Assembly: GCA_000004985.1 (NCBI GenBank)
Contig: GG738851.1
Length of the DNA: 64,000 nucleotides
Source: Naegleria gruberi
Lineage: Eukaryota
Reading direction: 5' to 3' (one strand)
A program made the position numbers and the translations under genes. How positions within the stretch are numbered: the stretch's first letter is position 1; each line of letters starts with the position of its first letter. Below are positions 55,500 to 64,000 of the stretch, piece by piece. The notes under the pieces are model-generated. The model was not told where the DNA came from, did not search any database, and was given only the letters and a program-made list of their open reading frames with translations.

Positions 55500-57536
55500 T
55501 TACATTGTCTTTTTGAAGAGAACTTCCGAAACATCAATTCCTAACTGTTGTTTACAATTATCGTAGAGTGTTCTCATGGTTTGATTTTTAGAGAGTGGAG
55601 GCATCTGATAGTCAGTCAATTCAGCCCTTTTCAGTGCTGCTAATAATCCATTATGATTGAGGACGGCCAACTTTTTACAAGCTACATTCCATACTAATTG
55701 AGTATTCAGAATTCCAACCATATTTAACATTTTCAGTTCAATGTATCTCGTCCTGTTATTGTCCAACTTTTGAAGGAAACGAGAACCAACGAGAGGAACA
55801 CGAACTCTTTCTCTTTCTGCTAAGTCACCTGCCAAAACATTATCACATGATTTCATTAGACACATACAGTCCATCATTTCTCCACCCACGAATGAGGCTT
55901 GACTGGAGAGAACCATTTCGAGAGCTCTCTTTGGCATGAATGAAGTTGGTTCAAAATCTGATGACATATTTGCAAGGGCATATTTGGATTTTGAACTGGA
56001 CGTGTCAATCTTTCCATATTCATGATAAACGATATTCTTCAAGATGAATTGCAAGTGGTCATCATAGTGAAGCGCATTCACACTATTCTCCAAAGATATT
56101 TCAATTTTACCAATCATTTTCATTGTCTTGGCTCCCAACTTGTCCACAGAGAAATCAGATTTGGTGCACCACTGAATGAGCTCACCACTTTGCTTTTTGT
56201 ATGTCAAGTACCAATCTGGCATGAATTCTTTGGTTAAAAAGTTGACAAATTTCCAATCTCTATCAATAACATATTTCAATGCCAAATCTTCTGATGAAAG
56301 TTTCAATTCCTTTTCAGCTTGTCTGAATAATTCTCTCTTTTTCAGAATGATATCAATGGCCATTTTTGGAATCTTACTGGAAGAACTGTCAACGGATTGA
56401 GCCAACCACTTTTCAACAAACTTGTGAGAATGATCCTGGAAGAGAAGGAACCAATCTTCCAATTCATACAAGAACATTTGTGAAATAACTTGCAATTCGT
56501 CAATAATTCCCATTCCCAAACTCTTATTTTCCAAATCAGTGAACAAGTGAGGTGTTAAATTCTTTTCAATATTTTCATGTTGTCTTGTGAGAAATTGTCC
56601 CAACCTCTCATGAACAAAGAGTTTCTTCAAAGTACTCTTCTTTTCATTACTGACCTGGATGTGTTTCACAATCTTGACAAGGAATGGAACACTGTCCAAT
56701 CCATTTTTCTGTAAAGTGCTAATACTCAATTCTGCAGATTGTTTCTTTGTATCAGTTAAATCACATTCAATTGCCAAATCATGACAAAACTCTTCAATGA
56801 CTCTATTAATCAATTCTTGATGTCTTTCAAAGGCAGATTTCACTTTCATTGTTGAAGGATTCAAAAACTTTCCCAAAAACATTATTTTCACTCTCATTTC
56901 ATGACTTGTGGCAGAATCTTGGTGTTTCTCCAAATAAGCCAAAAATCTTTCTCTCAATTCGTCTAAGAGAGGCGAATTTGAATTTCTCAACTTTCCCAAA
57001 TTGATTGCCATTTGTTGCTGTTGCTGATATGCTTGTAATGTAGATTCAGATAGAGAATTAGTGGAAGAACTGCCACTGCTATAGTTGGAACTGCTAGTGA
57101 GAGCATCATCTTCATCGTCTTCTATTTCGTTTCCATTATTTGTGGAGCCATCGTCTTCTTGAAGTTGTGGTTTGTCAAGGGAAACTTTATCAAGAGGTTT
57201 TGGAGAGGACATATTCGAAAGTGAGTTACTAGAGGAAGATGAAGAAAGATTTGATTTGCTTGGTGAAAGTGGATATGGTACAGGAGATGATGACATTGGA
57301 GAGCTTGGTGAAGTGATGCTCACCTTTCGAATAAGTGCTGGAGAGGAAGGAGAAAGTGGGTTAGTGCTAATTGAAGAAGAAACTGAATGAGCAAAGCTTG
57401 CCATTATATTCCTGCTCGTTGGAATCTCAACTGCAAGAATAGCCACCGGCAGAATAGTGTGTTTAGACATGATTCGAATATAAATACAAGTAGTGGTGTT
57501 GAAAGAATGTTTTTTTTCTAATGATTCTCCAACCAA
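55500..57536 (-). CDS. Hypothetical protein (678 aa), an intronless paralogue of the gene at 13377-15277
   Basis: The N-terminal third is Ser/Pro-rich. The C-terminal two thirds align with the 13377-15277 product (see that entry). Confidence 0.65.
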   Translation of the reverse strand: MVGESLEKKHSFNTTTCIYIRIMSKHTILPVAILAVEIPTSRNIMASFAHSVSSSISTNPLSPSSPALIRKVSITSPSSPMSSSPVPYPLSPSKSNLSSSSSSNSLSNMSSPKPLDKVSLDKPQLQEDDGSTNNGNEIEDDEDDALTSSSNYSSGSSSTNSLSESTLQAYQQQQQMAINLGKLRNSNSPLLDELRERFLAYLEKHQDSATSHEMRVKIMFLGKFLNPSTMKVKSAFERHQELINRVIEEFCHDLAIECDLTDTKKQSAELSISTLQKNGLDSVPFLVKIVKHIQVSNEKKSTLKKLFVHERLGQFLTRQHENIEKNLTPHLFTDLENKSLGMGIIDELQVISQMFLYELEDWFLLFQDHSHKFVEKWLAQSVDSSSSKIPKMAIDIILKKRELFRQAEKELKLSSEDLALKYVIDRDWKFVNFLTKEFMPDWYLTYKKQSGELIQWCTKSDFSVDKLGAKTMKMIGKIEISLENSVNALHYDDHLQFILKNIVYHEYGKIDTSSSKSKYALANMSSDFEPTSFMPKRALEMVLSSQASFVGGEMMDCMCLMKSCDNVLAGDLAERERVRVPLVGSRFLQKLDNNRTRYIELKMLNMVGILNTQLVWNVACKKLAVLNHNGLLAALKRAELTDYQMPPLSKNQTMRTLYDNCKQQLGIDVSEVLFKKTM

Positions 57537-58410
57537 TACAAGTGTGGTTTTACGAAGAGTGATGACTTCTCAATAATTTTTCATTTTCATGCAACCTGAT
57601 TTTGTGAGCACTTTCCTACCATGTCAATGCTAGCCAAAATAGTTTTGCTTTTTCCATTGATGCATGATAGTTGACGGATTTTTTTTTGTTAAATTTCATT
57701 CTCGGCAAGTGTAACACCAGCATAGTTTGAGCGATACAGTGAAGAGTTCTGAAATTGTTGTCGATTGCCGAGTGTGAAGATTTAGAGTTCATGAAATTTT
57801 CACAAAATTTCTCTTTAAATTGTGTAAAATGACAAGAATGAGAATTGTTATCTTGGTTGTGAATGGATTTTTGGTGTAATGAAGAGGAAGATGAAATGGT
57901 TTTGAAAAGTTGATGTTCTGGTTCACCAAGTGGGAAGAAAAATACGCCACTTTTCAAGAGATGTCATGTTGATGAGAATCTTTTTGAATTTGGAAAGAGA
58001 ATACGTTATGTATTAAGGTTTAATAACCACGTGGAATCTGAATAAAGATTCGTTTAAAGTGTTCGACATTCACATTTAGGGTTTTTGAGTACAGATTTGA
58101 ACGATTGTAAACATCTACGGATGGAAATAGATTATCCCAAACTTCAATTTTAAGGCTCTTTCCCAGTCGAAACGAAACTTCACATTTTGAATTGATTGCT
58201 GTTCGTTTGACATTTTGGAAAATACAACACCATTAAGTAGTCTTTCTTCTACCCTTTTAATTCTGCTAAAACTTCACAACTTTTATTTTACAGCAGTTTT
58301 GATTTGAACTTAATCAAATCAATATTTACTGCATTTTCGTATATTGATGAGGAGTGTTTTCTCTTCTTCCTTTCTAATATTTTCATTGTTTTCTTCACAT
58401 TGGTAAAATC

Positions 58411-59061
58411 TCAATTAATACTGTTGCTGCTGCTCATGCTTAGAAAATCATCAAACGAATGATCATATTCCTTGCAATGTCTCTTTTTGATATTTGAGAT
58501 TAGTTTAGTTTTCTTTTCCTTGGAAGGAAATTTAAACTGGTCGAGCTGAAATTTCAGAATTTGAGTTTTCAATTCATCTTCAACCTCTTTCAATCCCAAA
58601 GAAGCATTCTCACTTTCTGGTTTTGGATTTCTGGCATGGATTCTAGTTTTCTGCTCAATTGGCTTTTTTGGAATTGATTTTTTCTTTTTTGGAAATTCGT
58701 ATCTGGTGGAAAGATAATACTGAGCCACACATTGTTTCCATTGTTGATCTTCTACAGATGATACTTGAGAAATGGGTATTGGGTTCATTGGAATGGCTGG
58801 TTTTTGGTTTCGTCTTGGAATGACTTTTAATTGATCATGCAAATCGAATAGAACTGTATTTTGAGTTGGTTTCTGGTCATTTCTACTTTCGATTTGAATT
58901 GAATCGATGGTGAAATCATTGAAGTAGCGTTTCGTCTTGGTTGGTTGCTTATTTCCCATTGTTGTGTTTTTTTCGACTTGTTTCGAATAGCCAATCGATT
59001 TACAGTTTGGTGCTTTGTTGTCATCGGTCAGTGATGTGTTCGTTGAGTATGTATTATGCAT
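58411..59061 (-). CDS. Hypothetical basic protein (216 aa)
   Basis: An ORF only; no domain recognised. Confidence 0.3.
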   Translation of the reverse strand: MHNTYSTNTSLTDDNKAPNCKSIGYSKQVEKNTTMGNKQPTKTKRYFNDFTIDSIQIESRNDQKPTQNTVLFDLHDQLKVIPRRNQKPAIPMNPIPISQVSSVEDQQWKQCVAQYYLSTRYEFPKKKKSIPKKPIEQKTRIHARNPKPESENASLGLKEVEDELKTQILKFQLDQFKFPSKEKKTKLISNIKKRHCKEYDHSFDDFLSMSSSNSIN

Positions 59062-59382
59062 ATGAAGATGGAGCTATTGATTTTGGAGTAAACCATTACT
59101 TGGATATCTCTTACCAATGTTTATCAAGTCCATTTTAGGAAGTTTGAGGCTGAGTTTGGAATTTTTTATGATAGTCATGCACATTTGTATGGTCAACTCA
59201 CGAATAAGAGAAAAAATTAAGTAGTGGTTTGTATTGTAAAACACACATGTCACTTGTAGTGTTAATCTTATTTCCTTCAGTGTTGACAATTCTCATTTCA
59301 TCATCCTCACAGATTTGTCAATTTTAAAGCAATGTAATCCTTTTTAAATTGTTTTCTGATTATGCAACTTCATCAAGCAAAA

Positions 59383-60006
59383 TCATTTAAGTTTCTTCCA
59401 GTAAAGAATATTTGAATTAAGCAAATAGTTTCCATAAATTTCCTCTTCTTTCAATGATTTCTTCATTTCAAAATCGATAAAAATTGAAGAACAGTGTGGA
59501 CATTTGAATGGATTAAAGAATGAGAAATCTTCCCAACCAGTGGCTCTAAGCTTTTCATCAATTTCCTCAGGTGTTTTCCCCAATTTTCCATGAGAAGCAA
59601 CCAAAGTTCTATTTCCACTTGCATAAAAGTAATCAATGTGTGGTTGTGAGCTATTGAAATGTTTCAATGTAAAGCTCTTTCTACATTGATCACAGGAACA
59701 AATACTATTAATATTGGTTGGAGTTGGAAAACCCTTCGAATAAATTCCTCTCTTAATTAATCCCTTTCCGATAAATTCCAAATTCCTTGCATTCTGTCCT
59801 GGCAAGAAGAAGGGTTGAAATTTCAATCCTTGACATTGAGAGTCTTGATATGGTTTTCCGTGATGAGTTTCAGAATCAGACAATATACCCTCCATCAATA
59901 CCAATTCATTAGGAAGAGTCTTGACAGTCAAGTGTAAATATTTTGGTGTGGAAGAAATTCCTTGATGAAACTCTACATCATGTTCAATATTAAAAGTTCG
60001 GAGCAA
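59383..60006 (-). CDS. Hypothetical protein with two zinc-finger-like Cys pairs (CSCDQCRKSF.., ..CPHCSSIF), 207 aa. It may have further 5' exons.
   Basis: An ORF; the CxxC...H / CxxC spacing is suggestive only. Confidence 0.35.
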   Translation of the reverse strand: MLRTFNIEHDVEFHQGISSTPKYLHLTVKTLPNELVLMEGILSDSETHHGKPYQDSQCQGLKFQPFFLPGQNARNLEFIGKGLIKRGIYSKGFPTPTNINSICSCDQCRKSFTLKHFNSSQPHIDYFYASGNRTLVASHGKLGKTPEEIDEKLRATGWEDFSFFNPFKCPHCSSIFIDFEMKKSLKEEEIYGNYLLNSNILYWKKLK

Positions 60007-60374
60007 TTGATCATTTTCATAAACAGAAAATGTAGATTCCCCAAGATTATTTAATGGTAAAATTATGTCCTTTTCTATTGTTGTTGTATTATTGATGATG
60101 TTAGAATCGGAATGATTTTCAATTCTTATTAAATTATTATTTTCAAAATTAATATTAAACTAGATTAGTATGAATGGGATTGGATATATAATGATTGTGT
60201 CATACCTTTGCATGGTGATAACATCGGTGATGATAAAGTGTTTGGAAAGATTTGAAAGGTTTTGAGTTGAGTTTTTGCATTTTTTATTTTTATTTTTAAA
60301 TACAGTGGAAAATCCGATGTTAAGAGAAGGTCATTTATTTTTAATGGGGACGTCATTTTTAATGTGAACAAGAA

Positions 60375-60447
60375 GCCCGTCTAGCTCAGTCGGTAGAGCG
60401 CAAGGCTCTTAACCTTGTGGTCGTGGGTTCGACCCCCACGGTGGGCG
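60375..60447 (+). tRNA. tRNA-Lys (anticodon CUU)
   Basis: GCCCGTCTAGCTCAGTCGGTAGAGCGCAAGGCTCTTAACCTTGTGGTCGTGGGTTCGACCCCCACGGTGGGCG. It has a 7-bp acceptor stem, a CTCTTAA anticodon loop and a GTGGG/TTCGACC/CCCAC T-arm. It is close to canonical eukaryotic tRNA-Lys(CUU). Confidence 0.9.
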
Positions 60448-60788
60448 ATTCAATTTTATTTTTCAACTTATCATTCATAAGGCAATTATTATATCTTGAT
60501 CCTATTGTGGATGTGAAACGTCTATTGGTTTAGTGGTGGGATCAATTAGCAACCATGTAAAAGGTTTGTTTACAATTAAACCACAAAACATCCATGAACT
60601 TGCATGAACCAACAATTTCCGCGCCAAAACCCTAATCTACAACAAACAAACATAAAAAAATAGGTAAAGAATCCCTTCCTTATTATTATATTGGTTGCTA
60701 GATTCAAGTTTTTTGTATTTACGCGCAGAATTTGAGAATATTAAGCCTTCGCTGTCATCACAAGATATAATTATTAAGAAATCTAACA

Positions 60789-63700
60789 ATGACCACCAAG
60801 GTACAATTAGTAAGGGATGCTTCTCTGGCTTTTCAACAAAAAAAGTACGATGAATGTTTGAAAATAATTTCGCACGATGAACATCATGAATCATCATTGC
60901 CTTGCTCGGAAGAGTTGGGGATGGACATCAAGTTAGGAACCATTGTGGGAATGTGTCATTATAACAATGCTGTTATTCAAAAAGAAATGGCAAAGGAATT
61001 GTTTGATAAGGCTTTGATTCAATTTGATAAGGTCATTTCTCAATATAGGGAATATGAAAATACTGTACATCAAGATCAAGGAAATGTCAAATCAATTGTT
61101 GAAAATAACATTGGATTGGAGGTTTTTATATCTACAACAAAGGTTAATTATTTGGCAGGTCTTTGTCATTTATATAGTAACAGGTACAAGGATGCTATAC
61201 CTTATTTTAGTAGTGCTGCTCTTATGGCCTCAACCTTACAGAGTAATATTGGATATGTGGCCAATAAGGATCATGCCAAATCTTTCCTTAAAGAGTCACC
61301 AAAGTACTATTTAAATCGAGGAATCTGCTACAATGAGTGTAAAAATAATGAGTTGGCAGAGAGGGATCTTGTCAAATATGTGGCACTAATTGAAACATCT
61401 GATTTGAGTCCAGACACTCAAGCACCTCTCTTATTTGTTGCGTTTACTAGTTTAGCAAGCACAAAATTAAACAAGAATCAACAAGAGGATGCAATCAAGT
61501 ATTTCAATAAGGCCATCGATTCTTTCAACGTAATGGAACCGGATGCCCAACAGGTACATTTTGAAAACTGTGTTAAGGCTAAACTCAAAAGAGCCACAAC
61601 ACTTCAAAAGTATATTAGTTACCATGTGTATAACTGTAAGGAAGATGCAAACCTTATGAAAGTAATTGAAAGTTATAGAAAAATGGCCTCTGATGATTTG
61701 GAAACCGCAAGAAAATACAAGAGACTCGAGTTTTATTACTTGTACCAATATGTAAAAATGATAGTGATGTTCTGCAAACATGTGGAAGGACTCATTGAAA
61801 AAGATGAATTGGTACCTCTCTATCAAGATGCTGCAGACAAGTTGCAAGAATGCATTTCAATTCAACCAAAGAATGCAAAATTGTACGGGGACTTGGCATT
61901 GTGTAAGAGCAAGATTGGGAAAGAAAAATTGGAAGAAATTTTAGATTTGTACAATAAGAGTTTTGAATTAACCAATGGGGAACCTACGGATAAGGTATCT
62001 AAGCAAAAGTTGGCCAGGATTTATTTCGAAAGATCTGTCATTTATTTCAAATTATCCAATACTGATAAGGCCAAACAAGATTTGGATAGAGCTATTCGTT
62101 TGAATCCATACTTTTCAGATGCTTACTACAATAGAGGTTTTTTATTGAAGGATTCCGAAGATGATATTGAACAAACTTTGGACGATTTGGGAGCAACCTG
62201 TGAAATGAACCTTGAGGACACTGAGTGTGCATTTCTTACGTAAGTTGATTGGTATTGTTCAGTTTGATTGTAATTATATATAGTGCCATTATTTTAGCAA
62301 AACAAGAAAACAAGGAAGGTAGTCGTTCCATTGTCGAAGAATTCATCAAGTTTAACCCTAATGATTCCAATTTGAAAGATCTTTTATTAGCTCTTAATAA
62401 CGAGGGCAGTTTGGATGCATTTGAATCCTTACCTAAATTCAGAGAATCCCACAAGAAGAACAAACTCTGGACACCTAATAGAAAAACAAAACCAAGTCTA
62501 GACAGAGCATCAATTAGAAATAGAGTTACAAGTGCCAAACTCGACGAACAAGACACTGATGATGGCTATTATTGTGATCCAACCTTCCCAGCAGTGTCAA
62601 AATCAATCTACGGAACAGAGGATAGTGATTTACCATCTGAATTGACTTGGTACAGAACTTGGGACTTGTGTTTCCTCAGAGAAGAGTCCCAACTTTTTGT
62701 TGATGGTACAAGCAATACTGATATCATGCAAGGTGGTATAGGTGATTGTTGGTTACTTTCTGCATTTTCAATTGTTGCTGACTATCCAGATATCATGAGT
62801 AAGATTATATTGGAGTCAAAATCAGATCCAGATAACGGAAAGTATGTCTTTTCCATTTTCGGAAAAGAAGGCCCCACAGAAGTAGTTATTGACAATAGAT
62901 TGCCATGTTTTTCTGATTCGGGAAGTCTTGCATTCTCCAGGAGTGGAACCTCAAACGAAATGTGGATTTCCTTATTAGAGAAGGCATATGCTGCGTATTA
63001 TGGAAGCTACCAAGCACTTCAAAGTGGTTACATGAGGGATGCCCTTGTTAGTTTAACAGGTGGAGTTCCTTTCACTCTTGATATCAGTGTAGAAAACAAG
63101 GAGGAGGTATGGGAAATCTTAAAGACTATTAAAAAGAAGAGCACTGATCCCTCATCATACTGCTTAATGGGATGTAGATCTGACAAGGCACCAGCCAGAA
63201 CTGGTATTCAAACTCACCATGCCTATGCAATTCTGGATTGTTTCGACTGTCCTCTTGAAATGACCAATGGAAAGAGAACTCGTCTTGTCAAACTTAAGAA
63301 TCCATGGGGTTATGGTGGTGAATTAGAATCTGGAGATTACTCTGATGATAGTAAGTGGTGGACTAAGGAGCTCAGGAAATATGTTGGACATGAATCAAAA
63401 ATTGATGGCATTTTCTTCTTGACTTTGGGGGCACTTGTTAAATATTATACGCAAATTCAAGGAGTAAGGATTTTTGATGAGGAGCATTGGAGTATAGCAC
63501 GTTTTGTGGATGAATTCAAGCAAAAACCTGGACATGACTTGGATGACTGGGGCCTAGATATTTGTTCTTTCTCGTCTCATTATGTTATTCACAACACCCA
63601 CGAAGACAACAAGCTAGTAATTGAACTTTCTCAAAAAGACACCAGATTTACAAGAGATCAAAAAGAAGAGTTCAAATGTGTTGCCATTTATGTATTTAAA

Positions 63701-63946
63701 TATCCTGAAAGTCAATTCAATGGCGAAGAAAGCACCAGGTTAGCAACAATTGGTGAAGAGAATGAAACTGTCGTTCAGGGTATCTACGACGGTTGTTACA
63801 GTGAAACAAGCATTGAGACAACACTACCTGTTGGCCATTATGTTGCAATTCCAGCTGAGCTTTACTCTAAGACACCAACAGAGAAACTTTCACTCAAAAT
63901 TATTTCAAGAAAACCTGTCACTATTGTTAGATTGCCTGTTCAATAA
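60789..63946 (+). CDS. TPR-repeat / calpain-type cysteine protease fusion protein, ~1036 aa. Exon 1 (60789..62239) encodes the TPR region. A 44-bp GTAAGT..TAG intron at 62240..62283 removes the apparent TAA stop. Exon 2 (62284..63946) encodes the calpain core.
   Basis: TPR-like helices include ..YYNRGFLLKDSEDDIEQTLDDL.. and DLDRAIRLNPYFSDAYY. The splice AC|GTAAGT...ATATATAG|T is in phase and joins ..CAFLT to AIILAKQENKEG.. The calpain motifs are MQGGIGDCWLLSAFS (Cys), IQTHHAYAILD (His) and KLKNPWGYGGE (Asn/Trp). Confidence 0.65.
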
Positions 63947-64000
63947 ATATTGTCTACATCATTGATGTATAAATGAATTAAAATCCATTACTGGTTGTCA

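Overview
This is eukaryotic nuclear DNA, AT-rich (roughly two thirds A+T by eye) and densely packed with genes. Spliceosomal introns are very short (39-128 bp here) and canonical GT..AG, mostly with GTAAGT donors. The six-frame track uses the standard genetic code and also reports non-ATG (TTG/GTG) starts.

The left ~9.4 kb looks like a chromosome-end region:
- A non-LTR (LINE-like) retrotransposon lies on the minus strand at 1-2450, with an intact APE-type endonuclease ORF and an upstream coiled-coil ORF1.
- Its 5' end abuts, across a 40-N gap, a ~435-bp perfect (CCCAAA)n array, i.e. TTTGGG on the other strand, at 2491-2926.
- Next come a ~315-bp tandem telomere-associated repeat, a 1.74-kb run of Ns (3619-5360), a short (CCCAAA)3 remnant, and a ~4 kb ORF-free AT-rich block of degenerate ~300-bp satellites.

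From 9.4 kb onward the window is ordinary gene space, about 35 protein-coding genes plus two tRNAs (initiator Met and Lys-CUU). Genes I can assign from the translations:
- DEDDh exonuclease
- methionine aminopeptidase 2
- LCAT/PLA2G15-type phospholipase
- NEDD8-type E2 (UBE2F-like)
- rhodanese
- KH protein
- RWP-RK protein
- microbial-type PARG (DUF2263) protein
- NEK-like kinase fused to a WD40 propeller
- B-box/coiled-coil protein
- two calpain-type proteases, one fused by a 44-bp intron to a ~480-aa TPR domain
- MFS transporter
- TM2-domain protein (missed by the ORF track)
- at least five F-box-like genes
- two adjacent secreted Tyr/Gln-rich repeat proteins
- a pair of distant paralogues of unknown function (13377-15277 and 55500-57536)

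I cannot place the taxon confidently. Short introns, Q/N-rich low complexity, RWP-RK, abundant F-box genes and a TTTGGG repeat suggest an AT-rich protist, possibly amoebozoan-like. A ciliate with a reassigned code is excluded by the long standard-code ORFs.

Many ORF-track entries are artefacts: translations of the telomeric repeat or the N-runs, and antisense ORFs over low-complexity coding repeats.
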